Origin: Candidatus Omnitrophota bacterium
GTDB taxonomy: Bacteria; Omnitrophota; Gorgyraeia; Duberdicusellales; Duberdicusellaceae
NCBI GenBank assembly: GCA_016932855.1
Contig: JAFGCB010000030.1
Span: 475-64,474, forward strand
Direction of reading: 5' to 3'
DNA length: 64,000 nucleotides
In this document: piece after piece, positions 38,033 to 48,108 of the stretch
Layout: each line of letters starts with the position of its first letter
Numbering within the stretch: position 1 is the stretch's first letter
Made by a program: the position numbers and the translations under genes
Notes under the pieces: generated by a model
Databases searched by the model: none
The model's input: the letters and a program-made list of their open reading frames with translations, nothing else
What the model was told of the DNA's origin: nothing

Positions 38033-38968
38033 TTAGGGTTTACGATTAACCTCTAGCCGCATGCCCTGATAAATACCCTTTTTCTTAAATTCATCTTCGA
38101 TATACTGCAAGGCTTTCTGCTTCTGGTTTATCCAAGAAGGAGCTATTAGATATTTCGCATCAGCATCAGACACCAAACGCAGAACAACCCAGTCCTTTGG
38201 GATAAATGTTAAGAAATCCGTCAGGATATCGGCGTATTCCTCCAATGATAAAAGATTAACCTCGCCTCTTTCAAAAAATTCCTCTAATTTTGTCTGTTTT
38301 ACTACATGCAAACAATGAAATTTTATTCCTGATAATGGTAACCCTGCTATAGCCTGGGCAGTGGCTAAAATATCTTCTTTTGACTCGCTGGGTATCCCGA
38401 AAATAAGATGCGCACCTATAAAAATACCTCTACTCTTGGTCATCTCAACAGCTTTTAAAAAATCTTCATAGGTGTGGCTTCGGTTAAGGAATGTAAGTCC
38501 TTGATTATGAGCAGTTTGAAGACCGTATTCTACCCAGACCATATAATCTCTGGAAAACTCCTCGATCATATCAAGTTTCTCTTCATCAACGCAGTCCGGC
38601 CTTGTAGAAATGGAAAGCCCAACAACATCAGGAAATTTTCTTATTATGCTGTATCTGTCTTTTAATATATCGGCGGGAGCGAAAGTATTGGTAAAGCTCT
38701 GAAAATAAGCAATAAACTTTTTGGCTCCGAAACGTTTTTTTGCGTAATCCATGGAACTGCGGACCTGCTCCTCCAAGGAAGGCGTTTTTCCGGCGAAGAA
38801 ACTGAAGGCCCGATTGTTGCAAAAAATACAGCCTTCCGAACTTAAATCTCCTTCAAGATTAGGACAGCCGAAACCAGCGTTTAAGCTTAAACGATGAACT
38901 CGACAGCCAAATTTATCGCGGAGGAATTGATTAAAGGAATAGTAGGGTTTAATGTTTTTAATTACCAT
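38033..38968 (-). CDS. TIGR01212/YhcC-family radical SAM protein
   Basis: GFGCPN...GCIFC, YFQSFTNTF, TRPDC, EYGLQ. Confidence 0.88.
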   Translation of the reverse strand: MVIKNIKPYYSFNQFLRDKFGCRVHRLSLNAGFGCPNLEGDLSSEGCIFCNNRAFSFFAGKTPSLEEQVRSSMDYAKKRFGAKKFIAYFQSFTNTFAPADILKDRYSIIRKFPDVVGLSISTRPDCVDEEKLDMIEEFSRDYMVWVEYGLQTAHNQGLTFLNRSHTYEDFLKAVEMTKSRGIFIGAHLIFGIPSESKEDILATAQAIAGLPLSGIKFHCLHVVKQTKLEEFFERGEVNLLSLEEYADILTDFLTFIPKDWVVLRLVSDADAKYLIAPSWINQKQKALQYIEDEFKKKGIYQGMRLEVNRKP

Positions 38969-38976
38969 GATTAAAC

Positions 38977-39084
38977 TTGGTTACTAATAGTTACTATTTG
39001 TTACTAGGGGTTACTATTGGTTACGATAATAATTTTTGCAACTATTAGTAACCGTTTGTAACTCTTATTAACCTTTAGTAACCG
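38977..39084. repeat. Head-to-head decamer array, copy 2
   Basis: Same units, order and central AATTTtTGCAAC spacer as 26274-26380. Confidence 0.85.
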
Positions 39085-39099
39085 TGCCAATATTAATAA

Positions 39100-39630
39100 C
39101 TATTTATTTTGTTGACTGAATATACAACCGCAATAATTCTGTCTATACAGGCCTAATTCCTTTGAAAGCTTCACAGATTCTTTAAAGCCGTCTTCTTTCT
39201 TAAAATCCCTTGAAAGAAATCTCTTAACATCTATCGAGGACCCTATTTGATTGATAATCTTACTGTTCTTATGAGGACTTATAGTAAGGCTGGTAGCAAA
39301 AAAATCAAACCCCTCTCTTGCGGAGATGTTGCAAACTTTTCTTAATCGAAATTCAAAACATAAGCTGCACCGCCGGCCGCCTTCTTTTTCCTCTTCACAT
39401 CCTTTTATAAACTCAAACCAACTGTCTAAATCATACTCAGCGTCTACGGCTTTTAAAGAAAACTTTTTAGATATTTTAAAAAAATCTTCTTTTCTTTTTT
39501 TGTATTCTTCCTCGGGATGGATATTGGGATTATAGAAAACCCCGGAGACCTCAAAGCCCTGCGCTTTCAGTCTCTGAATACAGACTGTCGCACATCCTGC
39601 GCAACAAATGTGCAGTAAGACTTTACTCAT
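39100..39630 (-). CDS. queH: Epoxyqueuosine reductase QueH
   Basis: LLHICCA, FYNPNIHP, EGGRRCSLC, ISPHKN, YRQNYCGC. Confidence 0.92.
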   Translation of the reverse strand: MSKVLLHICCAGCATVCIQRLKAQGFEVSGVFYNPNIHPEEEYKKRKEDFFKISKKFSLKAVDAEYDLDSWFEFIKGCEEEKEGGRRCSLCFEFRLRKVCNISAREGFDFFATSLTISPHKNSKIINQIGSSIDVKRFLSRDFKKEDGFKESVKLSKELGLYRQNYCGCIFSQQNK

Positions 39631-39646
39631 GCTCGAAAGATAATTT

Positions 39647-40285
39647 CTATGTATTTATGAGTTGGGTAAATGTTTTGTGTGCTTGTGCGGGGTTTTCCGA
39701 CTTAAGGATGGCGCTTCCCACGCAGATAGAATCAATACCCAACGAGGATACTTCTTTAATATTTGATAACTTAATTCCGCCGTCAATGCCGATAGGCTTG
39801 CCGGGAAACGATTTTTTAAATTCTTTTATCTTGGTTAAAACTTCCGGTATGAATTTCGAACCGTAAAATCCGGGGATAACCGACATGAAAAGAACCGTAT
39901 CTACAGAATTCACCAAGAAACTAAAATCTTCTATTTGAGTTTCAGGATTAACGGCTAAGCCTACTTCAAGGCCAATGCTCCGTATCCGGGAGATTATTTT
40001 CTGACGGTCATTTTTTATTTCAAAATGGAATATTATCCTCTTGGAGCCGAATTTATGAAAAACATCCAGCCAATCCAGGGGGTCTTCGACCATAAGATGC
40101 GCCTCAGTAAAAGACAAGGAACTTAAATCTTGCAGGTCTTGCTTAAGTATGCTCTGCGAAGGAACAAACTTACCGTCCATAATATCTATCTGAATCTGCT
40201 CGGCAAAGCCTTCCGCTGTCTTTAGAAGTCTTAAAAACTCTTCTTTTTTATCGGTCAGAATAGCCGGAACGACTCTCATCATCAT
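39647..40285 (-). CDS. rpe: Ribulose-phosphate 3-epimerase
   Basis: DIMDGKFVPS, HLMV, MSVIPGF, IDGGI. Confidence 0.9.
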   Translation of the reverse strand: MMMRVVPAILTDKKEEFLRLLKTAEGFAEQIQIDIMDGKFVPSQSILKQDLQDLSSLSFTEAHLMVEDPLDWLDVFHKFGSKRIIFHFEIKNDRQKIISRIRSIGLEVGLAVNPETQIEDFSFLVNSVDTVLFMSVIPGFYGSKFIPEVLTKIKEFKKSFPGKPIGIDGGIKLSNIKEVSSLGIDSICVGSAILKSENPAQAHKTFTQLINT

Positions 40286-41985
40286 TTAATTATCAGATTA
40301 AGCAAGCCTCCCACTAAAATAGCAACAATAAGCATTATTGCAAGCGACTTGCACATGTCTTTAAGGCCCAGCTCTTTAAGCAATACGGAAAATGTGCCCA
40401 TGCAAGGAAAATATATGGCCAAAATAGTACATCCCACTACCAGCTGCTTAGGGCTAAGGCCTAAAGGACCAAGCATGCCCACCGCCACATCTTTTCTTAA
40501 AAAACCCACCAACAAAGCCAAGATTGCTTTTTCGGGAAGGCCCCAGATAAATGTAACTACCGGGGCGACAATAATTCCTAAAACCTTAAGCACTCCTAAA
40601 CTGAATAAAAGATTGGTCATAAAAACACCTAATAAAACCAAGGGAACTGCCTCCTTTATAAAACCCGATATCCGTATCCATAATTTTCTAAACAAAACAT
40701 AAAGGTTAATCTTACGGTAAGGAGGAATCTCCATGAGAATCTCCGGGCTTTCTCCTCTAATAAATTTGTTAAGAATGACGCCCAGGGAAAACCAGACAAG
40801 AAACAGGGTTCCAAAAACCATTAAAATGTACCTTAAGCCGTATTTACCCAACACTCCCACAATCATCGATATTTGAGCCATACAGGGAATAGATATGGCG
40901 GTAAGCGTAGCCAGAATAAATCTTTCTCGGCGTGACTCCAAAACCCTTGATGCAAGCACCCCGGGAACATTGCATCCCAAGCTTAAAATAAAAGGAATCA
41001 CTGAAACTCCGTGAAGGCCTAATTTATGCATCACATTATCCATAAGCACTGACAATCGCGGCAAATAACCGAAGTCCTCAAGCAAGCCCAGAACAAAATA
41101 AAAGCTTAAAACATAAGGAAAGACCACGGCTATAGGAACATATATCCCCGTAGAAAGAACTCCCAAGGACTGCATAAATTCTATATTCTCATTAATCAAT
41201 CCCCCGATAAGAATATTACGCAAAAATTCCCAATGTATAAGTTCATTTAATCTCCATAAAAAAGGTTTATATATATTCTCGAAAAAAGGATCCAGCGCAA
41301 AATGTATTAAGCTCTCCCCGATAAACCTGACCACTAAAAAGCATAACCCCAGGACTACTACAGAAAAGGGAATACCGGTAAAAGGATGTATTGTTATCTC
41401 CTCCATTACGTCCCTGAAGCTATGGTGCTTATGGTGCAGGGTCTGGACCGAACTTGTAATCTCGCCTATAATCTCCCAAAGGTCTCTTCCTTCCAAGTTC
41501 AAAGACGAAACCTTTGCCTGATTAAGCTTCAAAGCTATATCCTTTATCCCTTCGCCGCTTAACCCGCAAGAATGCACCACCGGAACACCTAACAAATTCT
41601 GCAATTTATCTATGTCGATATCAATGCCCTTGTGCTTGGTCTCATCCCACATATTAAGAACTACAAGAAGCTTGCATTGCTGCTTGATTAACTGCAGGGT
41701 AAGATAGAGGTTTCGCTCAAGGTTCGTGGCATCTATTACATTTACCACTATAGCGGCTTCTTTAAGAAGCCTTACAGTAACTTCTTCGGCTTTATTCGTA
41801 GGCTCAATACTGTAGGCGCCGGGGGCATCAATTATGTCTACTCTCTCGGAGTTTTTAATAAGCACGCCTTTGGCAAATTCAACAGTAGTTCCCGGATAAT
41901 TACTGGTTAAAACTTTCGCCCCGGTAAGCCTAAAAAAGACAGCGCTCTTTCCGACGTTTGGATTACCTACTAACACCACCCTCAT
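40282..41985 (-). CDS. feoB: Ferrous iron transporter B
   Basis: GNPNVGKS, NYPGTTVE, DAPGAYS, LGCNVP, EIPPYR. Confidence 0.94.
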   Translation of the reverse strand: MRVVLVGNPNVGKSAVFFRLTGAKVLTSNYPGTTVEFAKGVLIKNSERVDIIDAPGAYSIEPTNKAEEVTVRLLKEAAIVVNVIDATNLERNLYLTLQLIKQQCKLLVVLNMWDETKHKGIDIDIDKLQNLLGVPVVHSCGLSGEGIKDIALKLNQAKVSSLNLEGRDLWEIIGEITSSVQTLHHKHHSFRDVMEEITIHPFTGIPFSVVVLGLCFLVVRFIGESLIHFALDPFFENIYKPFLWRLNELIHWEFLRNILIGGLINENIEFMQSLGVLSTGIYVPIAVVFPYVLSFYFVLGLLEDFGYLPRLSVLMDNVMHKLGLHGVSVIPFILSLGCNVPGVLASRVLESRRERFILATLTAISIPCMAQISMIVGVLGKYGLRYILMVFGTLFLVWFSLGVILNKFIRGESPEILMEIPPYRKINLYVLFRKLWIRISGFIKEAVPLVLLGVFMTNLLFSLGVLKVLGIIVAPVVTFIWGLPEKAILALLVGFLRKDVAVGMLGPLGLSPKQLVVGCTILAIYFPCMGTFSVLLKELGLKDMCKSLAIMLIVAILVGGLLNLIIK

Positions 41986-42224
41986 TCCAGCTCTACCTCT
42001 ATCTTTGAAGACATGCCTCGGCCTAAAGCCAAGATGCTGCGTTTAATCTCTATAATAACCGGGCCGTTTAAACAAACCGCCTTTTTCTTTAAAATTACCC
42101 CTTTTTTAACACCTAAATTCATGAGCCGAAGCTCGAGGCTTCTTCCGCCCTTGATATCGACCACCCGGGCCGGTATATTCTTCGCAACATCTAAAAGTGA
42201 AAAAATCTTCCCCTCCATAGTCAT
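41982..42224 (-). CDS. feoA: Ferrous iron transport protein A
   Basis: RLMNLGV, GPVII, ALGRGM; overlaps the feoB start. Confidence 0.9.
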   Translation of the reverse strand: MTMEGKIFSLLDVAKNIPARVVDIKGGRSLELRLMNLGVKKGVILKKKAVCLNGPVIIEIKRSILALGRGMSSKIEVELE

Positions 42225-42347
42225 AAAATTATACCCACTTTACACTTTAATTCAAGATATACCTTAAGTCCAGTATATAGGCAAACCTTCGGAAATATTA
42301 GAACACAGGCTGCCGAGCATAGGAAATCTGCGATCATCTGCGTCAAT

Positions 42348-43499
42348 TTAAAAGTATTTTTTAAGAATATTAAGGACGTCTCTGTTTTCGGTAAAGCTTC
42401 GACTTTTAAGAGAGCTTATAACCTTTAAGCTACTCTTTTGCCAAAGATTAAGGAAATTCTCCCATCCCCTAACATTAGCTTCTCTTTTTACCCAGGGCTC
42501 GTTTTCTAAATACTGCATGATGCCGTCGGGGAAGACGTGGTTTGCCACAGCCTTATATGTCCAATAAGTCCAGCTAAATCCCCATTTTTTGAATATATCC
42601 AATAAATCCTTAAGCCAGTTCAATTCCCCGAAGAGTCCCGCCCGATAATTTATTCCAAACTCACCGACAAATACATCGACAGAATTTCTTTGGGAAAAAA
42701 TTTTGTAACGCTCCAAGCTCTTTTTAAGAACGGACTTATCCCAAAAAACTTTGTTGATATATCCGGGATATCTATAGCCGGGCCTAAAATTAAAGGTAAA
42801 ATCTAAAGGCTGATAAGTATGGATGCTTACGGCGATCTTCTCGTTCAATAAGTCCTTTAAGAAATCAATCTCCTGGGCCCAGAGGTTCCCCTCCAAGAAT
42901 ATGGTGTGATTCTTGTCTACTTCTCTTATTTTATTAATCAGCTTGCCATAGAAGCTCTTAAGCAAGGATATTTTATCTTTTTCTAAAACCGGCTCATTTA
43001 ATACGTCGTAACCGTACACACTGGCTTCGTCTTTGAATTCATTCGCCAAATACTGCCAAAGAGCAAAGGTCCTCTCCTGGAAAGATGGTTTTTTCCATAA
43101 AAGCGCTTTTCCCGAACTGTCGGCATGCCAATCGGCGTTTTGTGATCCTGGCCCGGCATGCAAATCCAAAATAATATAAAGTTTATATTTCTTTGCCCAG
43201 GATACGAGCCTTTTAAGTATCATAAGGCCTTTTTCGCTATATTTATAAGGGCTTTTTTCAATTAAGCGGTAATTAAAAGGCACTCTTACACAACTTGCTT
43301 TCCAGGAAGAAATTCTCTTTAAGTCGCCTTCAGCGATAAAGGAATTCCTAAATTCATTCTCGAATTTGGATAATTCCTTTTTGCCGTAGGTTCTAACAAA
43401 TCTTTTTTTGAAAACATGTTCGGGTATATTTCTTCCGCCGAGAATATATCCTTCCATCAAAAGCCAGCTACCGAGATTTACTCCTCTTAAACTCATCAT
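42348..43499 (-). CDS. Glycoside hydrolase family 5, no signal peptide
   Basis: LRGVNLGSWL, VRVPFNY, ILDLH, LNEP, HTY, VGEFG, WTYK. Confidence 0.88.
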   Translation of the reverse strand: MMSLRGVNLGSWLLMEGYILGGRNIPEHVFKKRFVRTYGKKELSKFENEFRNSFIAEGDLKRISSWKASCVRVPFNYRLIEKSPYKYSEKGLMILKRLVSWAKKYKLYIILDLHAGPGSQNADWHADSSGKALLWKKPSFQERTFALWQYLANEFKDEASVYGYDVLNEPVLEKDKISLLKSFYGKLINKIREVDKNHTIFLEGNLWAQEIDFLKDLLNEKIAVSIHTYQPLDFTFNFRPGYRYPGYINKVFWDKSVLKKSLERYKIFSQRNSVDVFVGEFGINYRAGLFGELNWLKDLLDIFKKWGFSWTYWTYKAVANHVFPDGIMQYLENEPWVKREANVRGWENFLNLWQKSSLKVISSLKSRSFTENRDVLNILKKYF

Positions 43500-43628
43500 A
43501 TCGATTTATTATATCACAGCCAAAAAAAAATGAAATTTTTCTTGCAAAACACTTAAAAATTGTTTATAACTAAAGTAGTAAGTAAATTTTGGAGGTTTTT
43601 ATTCTTCTAACAAAGGAAACAAAAGAAA

Positions 43629-43937
43629 TTGGAAGGGGTGAAAGAGAAAGAATTCTGTGTGACTGACGGCAATATTAATTATGCCGGTTTCCACCTTATT
43701 CTCGAAGAGTGGAAGGCGCGTTATTTTCATTATTTATTTAAGATAAAGGACGATTTAAGTGTTATTATACAAACCTGCCGAGAGATCTTCCTTAATCCAG
43801 CGCATCCAAATAAACTAATCTTAAGACCGGCCGAAAACAGTTTTTATTTTCTAAGATTTAAAAATAAATACTATAATCCTTATATTCAGATCGCTTTATT
43901 CAAACTAAAGGAATATCTAAAGGAGATAGTACAATGA
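43629..43937 (+). CDS. Hypothetical protein, translationally coupled to the speD-like gene
   Basis: 102-aa ORF with ATGA overlap into the next gene; start uncertain. Confidence 0.5.
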   Translation: MEGVKEKEFCVTDGNINYAGFHLILEEWKARYFHYLFKIKDDLSVIIQTCREIFLNPAHPNKLILRPAENSFYFLRFKNKYYNPYIQIALFKLKEYLKEIVQ

Positions 43938-44305
43938 AGAAAAAAAAGAAAGTAACCTTTGGCTGGGAATTAGTGCTAAACCTCTATGACTGCAATCTCG
44001 ATATAATCTCGTCTAAAAATAAAATCCAGCAGTACGTAAATAAACTTTGCAGGCTGATCAAAATGAAAAAATACGGCAAGACCTGGATACCTTACTTCGG
44101 GCATAAAAAACCTCATACTAAGGGTTATTCTCTTGTACAATTAATAGAAACGAGCTCAATTACCGGGCATTTCTCTGAAGAGAAAAGAAGCGTCTATATC
44201 AATATCTTCTCCTGCAAGGCTTATGACCACAAAAAAGCCAGGGCCTTTACCAGGCAGTTTTTCCAAGCCAAAAGCGTAAAGAACACGCTCCTAACCAGGC
44301 CCTAG
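43934..44305 (+). CDS. speD: S-adenosylmethionine decarboxylase proenzyme (short class)
   Basis: GYSLVQLIETSSITGHF and YINIFSCK. Confidence 0.8.
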   Translation: MKKKKKVTFGWELVLNLYDCNLDIISSKNKIQQYVNKLCRLIKMKKYGKTWIPYFGHKKPHTKGYSLVQLIETSSITGHFSEEKRSVYINIFSCKAYDHKKARAFTRQFFQAKSVKNTLLTRP

Positions 44306-44418
44306 CTTAATTCCAAATCTAAAACCAATCCCTATATTTTAGAGAGTACTTGGTGCAATGTACTAGGTGCTTGATAAAAAATAAAATTTGCACTCTGCGC
44401 CAAGCATATAGCGCTTTC

Positions 44419-46413
44419 TTAATAGGCTTTCTTTAGCCGCGCGTCGGGAAAGTAATGCTTGAGGATATCTTGGTAGGAATAACCCTTATCAGCCATGCCT
44501 TTGGCGCCATACTGGCATAAGCCCTTTGCATGACCAAAGCCTCCGCCCCAAAAAATAAAATACTGGAGCCTGCCTTGCTTTGTATATTTTGTCTCTACTC
44601 TAAAAAAGCTGCTTCTTAAATCATCCAGGGCTTTACGAATCTTATATTCCGAATCGATATTCTCCTCCTCTGCCTTCGCCTTTATCTTTAAATAATTAAT
44701 GTGGCCGGAGGCATTCCTTTTTATAACCCTGAGCTTGAGAATATCGCCGAAACCGAGGCTTCGATTTGTAATCTCATCTAATTCCTCTTTAGCATAAAGC
44801 CTCTGCCAGCGGAATTTGCTCTTTTGTTCTTTCTCCTGCCGGCAGAAAACCTTGGGACTATCCACTAACCAATTGTAAAGTCCCAAGGCAGTCAAAGGAA
44901 ACTTTAAGCCCAAATCATTCTTGGCGTCAATTACTCCCTTAAATAACTCGGTTTCCTGGGTATGCCCTGCACAGTTGCTGGAATAATAAACATCAAAAAT
45001 ATCCCCCTCTCGAGCAATGACCATACCCCGGGTTTTATTGACCGCCTGATTAGTAGAGCCTCTTTCCTTGGTTGCACCTAAGTATACCTGATAAGCAACT
45101 GTATTATAAAAGTCAAAGCCTCTGCTAGAGTACATACCCAATCCCTTAAGGGCTTTAGTCCTTGCCAGAACTGCCTGAGCATAAAGGGCATGAGTCGGCC
45201 AGTCAGCTTGGACTTCCGAAGGCAAAACCCCGTAAAGGTACTCCTCCAAATTCAATTTATTTACGAGACAAATCTTACCTTCTTTAAGGATTATCTTAAA
45301 ACTGCCTCTAAAAAAATTATCCACTGTTTCCGACCAGTACGCGCCCTGGCCATGAGTTAATCCGAATACGCCCAAAAGAAACATCTTATCCTTGGACTTA
45401 ATAAACACGGGGCATTCTAAATTTCTTGCAAGGATCCTTGTGTCTTGGTCTATCAAAGATAAAGAATTCCGGCCAGGCTCTATGGCTATCTTATAAAGGA
45501 CATTGCTATCCAGATGAAACACCGCAAACCCTTTAGCGTAGAGTACGCCGCCTAAGGTCGCCTTAAACTCAAACGAATCTATGTCTTCAGCTATGCAGAC
45601 CTTCACTTCGGGCACCTCTTCATCTTCCACGAAACTAGTTACATTAAATTCCGCCTCCTTGCGATTTTTTTTTGTCTTTTCTCTTTCTCTGCGAAAAAAG
45701 TCCTCGCCTAGCTTTTCTTTAGATGACTTTAAAACAAGTTGCATCTGCCTATCTTCGGGAATCATGCTTAAAAATTTGCTTGACTCTTTAAAGCTTGCCA
45801 AATAATCCTTTATTTTAAAAAAAGAAGAAGCAAGCCTTTTGTAAACACTCTTTATGCTCGGATCCAAGCCTTTTACCCTTACTAAAGTTTTTACCGCCAA
45901 AGAAAACCGACCTTCCTGAAAATAAATATCGGCGATCCGTAAAAGCGGTAAAACAAAATAAGGGTCGATTTGCAAAGACTTGTTGTAATACTTGAGGGCA
46001 TCCCTGCGTTTTCCTAAATCTTCGTAGGCTAAACCGGAATAAAAACAGGCTTTCTCATCTGAAGGATTTCTAGCCAGATATTCTTCTAAGAAATTTACCG
46101 CCTTTTTTGCCTGGCCCGATAAACAGCTTAGCCTTCCAAGATGAAAAAGTATGGGAGGCGTTTTATGTTTTAAATAAGCCTTTTCTAAAAGGGAGACTGC
46201 CTGGTCTAAACTTCCTTCATCCTCATATAACAAGGCGAGATTCAAGTAATAAAATTCGTTATCTTTAGACTTGTCTATTTGATCTCTACATAAGTCTAGG
46301 GCTTGAGTCAAATCCTCCTGATTGGATAATCGGGCTAAATCTTCCCGGGAATCCTGGGCTAAACAACCGAAAATTAAAAAAATAGAAAATATAAATAAGG
46401 ATAGTTTCTTCAT
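44419..46413 (-). CDS. Exported TPR plus SpoIID/LytB domain protein
   Basis: Signal peptide, TPR repeats, LEEYLYGVLPSE, AQAVLART, GFGHAKGLCQYGA, ILKHYF. Confidence 0.9.
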   Translation of the reverse strand: MKKLSLFIFSIFLIFGCLAQDSREDLARLSNQEDLTQALDLCRDQIDKSKDNEFYYLNLALLYEDEGSLDQAVSLLEKAYLKHKTPPILFHLGRLSCLSGQAKKAVNFLEEYLARNPSDEKACFYSGLAYEDLGKRRDALKYYNKSLQIDPYFVLPLLRIADIYFQEGRFSLAVKTLVRVKGLDPSIKSVYKRLASSFFKIKDYLASFKESSKFLSMIPEDRQMQLVLKSSKEKLGEDFFRREREKTKKNRKEAEFNVTSFVEDEEVPEVKVCIAEDIDSFEFKATLGGVLYAKGFAVFHLDSNVLYKIAIEPGRNSLSLIDQDTRILARNLECPVFIKSKDKMFLLGVFGLTHGQGAYWSETVDNFFRGSFKIILKEGKICLVNKLNLEEYLYGVLPSEVQADWPTHALYAQAVLARTKALKGLGMYSSRGFDFYNTVAYQVYLGATKERGSTNQAVNKTRGMVIAREGDIFDVYYSSNCAGHTQETELFKGVIDAKNDLGLKFPLTALGLYNWLVDSPKVFCRQEKEQKSKFRWQRLYAKEELDEITNRSLGFGDILKLRVIKRNASGHINYLKIKAKAEEENIDSEYKIRKALDDLRSSFFRVETKYTKQGRLQYFIFWGGGFGHAKGLCQYGAKGMADKGYSYQDILKHYFPDARLKKAY

Positions 46414-46420
46414 AGTCTCC

Positions 46421-46550
46421 TTAAGCCGGAATTTTGCCTTAGCAAAATACATATAAAGAATATGATTATTATTGAAAATATTGCAAGGGCCAACCTCTGC
46501 GTCGCCCAGTCAGAAAATCAAATATTATATAACCGACAGGCGCAAGGCCT
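46421..46550 (-). repeat. ~130-bp dispersed element, copy 2 (inverted)
   Basis: Reverse complement aligns with 20605-20733. Confidence 0.85.
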
Positions 46551-46661
46551 CTACCTATAAATAATCACATAACGTTTAGGTATTATATGGCGGGGCTGGT
46601 AAATATTCAAGAGGCATTAAATAATCTCAGTAATCTAGATTTAATCTCTGCAATCAGATCT

Positions 46662-47108
46662 TCAATTAGATAATTTATCTTTTACTATTTGGCTTACTTC
46701 TTTGGAGTCGGCTCTGCCAGCAAGTTTTTCCAGCGAAAGCTTCATGACCTTGCCCATATCCTTAATCGAAGAGGCGCCTAGCTCTAAAACAGCTTCTTCT
46801 ATTATCTTTACAATCTCTTCTTTAGGCAGGCTTTGCGGCAAGTAGCCTTCCAGTACGGCAATCTCAGAATTTACCTGGATAAGCAAATCTTGGCGGGTTG
46901 ACTTTTCAATCTGTTCCTTTGAGTCTAAAAGCTTTTTTTTCTGTTTTTTTAAAACATCTATTACCTGGACGTCATCCAGGATTTCCTTTTTTAAATTAAT
47001 AGCCTGATTTTTAAGCTCGGCCCGCAGAAAACTTAAAAACTGAGCCTTGTCTTTTTCTTTAGCTTTTAATGCCCGGACATAATCAGCGTAAATCTTCTCT
47101 TCCAACAT
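46662..47108 (-). CDS. GatB/YqeY domain protein
   Basis: EIAVLEGYLPQSL, KDMGKVM, GRAD. Confidence 0.9.
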   Translation of the reverse strand: MLEEKIYADYVRALKAKEKDKAQFLSFLRAELKNQAINLKKEILDDVQVIDVLKKQKKKLLDSKEQIEKSTRQDLLIQVNSEIAVLEGYLPQSLPKEEIVKIIEEAVLELGASSIKDMGKVMKLSLEKLAGRADSKEVSQIVKDKLSN

Positions 47109-47157
47109 GATTAGAAATTATAACATATTTGCCTATGCTTACAAAGGGAAACTCAGC

Positions 47158-48108
47158 TTATTTTTTTCTTAGCGAAGCGACAAAAAAGCCCTCGAAAATC
47201 GGGGTAGGTATAATTCGCTTAGTAAATACCATCTCCTTGGAGAAAGATCTTGTATTCCATTCCAGCAATCCCTGCCTAAGGTTAGCGAAAGGCAGGCTTA
47301 TCTTTTCAAGATAAACCTTGTCTTTAAATTTATTCAAAGCCCAATTAATGACCTGCTCGTTTTCCTCAGGAGAAAAGGTACAAGTAGAATAGACAAGCCT
47401 ACCCCCCGGCTTTAAGGACATAATACCTGAGAAAAGCAGGCGTTTTTGCTTATGCTGAGCCTCTTTTATCTTTCTCGGTGACCAATACGAATAAGACTTA
47501 GGGTTGTGGACTAAGAAATTTGCTTCGCTGCTGCAGGGAGCGTCTACTAAAACTTTATCAAAATAATCAGCATGGTTCCTAAAAAAGATTGTCCCGTCTG
47601 CCAAGTAGGTCTTTACAAGTCTTTCCTGGCCCTGATTTTTTAAGTTTGCAAGGAGTTTATAGAAACGTACCTTAATCTTCTCAACCGCAACTACTTGGGC
47701 CTCCCCTCTAGTCTCCGAGACTATTTGAGTAGTTTTTCCTCCTGGGGCTGAACATAAATCAAGAATTCTTTCGCCCTCTTTGGGCTCTAAAAGCATAACC
47801 GCAACCATACTGGAAAGATTCTGAAGATAGATAAAGCTCTGTTTATAGAAATCAGTAGCCTGAAATTCTCTCTGACTTGGCTTAACCAAAATAAAGGCGC
47901 TATTGTACCAGTCGACTCTTCTAAACTGTATATTCGCTGATTTAAGTCTTTGAGTTAAAGTCTTAATATCTATTTTAATTAGGTTAGCCCTAAAGGTGGT
48001 ATTCTTGTCGGTAAGAAAGGAACTTAAAACTGCAGGGTATTCTTTAGGATAAATTCTTTTTATCCTTTCCAAAAATTGTGCGGGAAGTCTATAGAGTAGT
48101 TTATCCAT
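47158..48108 (-). CDS. RsmB/RsmF (NOL1/NOP2) RNA m5C methyltransferase
   Basis: LDLCSAPGGKT, VDAPCS, YSTCTFSPEENE, GFFVA. Confidence 0.9.
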   Translation of the reverse strand: MDKLLYRLPAQFLERIKRIYPKEYPAVLSSFLTDKNTTFRANLIKIDIKTLTQRLKSANIQFRRVDWYNSAFILVKPSQREFQATDFYKQSFIYLQNLSSMVAVMLLEPKEGERILDLCSAPGGKTTQIVSETRGEAQVVAVEKIKVRFYKLLANLKNQGQERLVKTYLADGTIFFRNHADYFDKVLVDAPCSSEANFLVHNPKSYSYWSPRKIKEAQHKQKRLLFSGIMSLKPGGRLVYSTCTFSPEENEQVINWALNKFKDKVYLEKISLPFANLRQGLLEWNTRSFSKEMVFTKRIIPTPIFEGFFVASLRKK

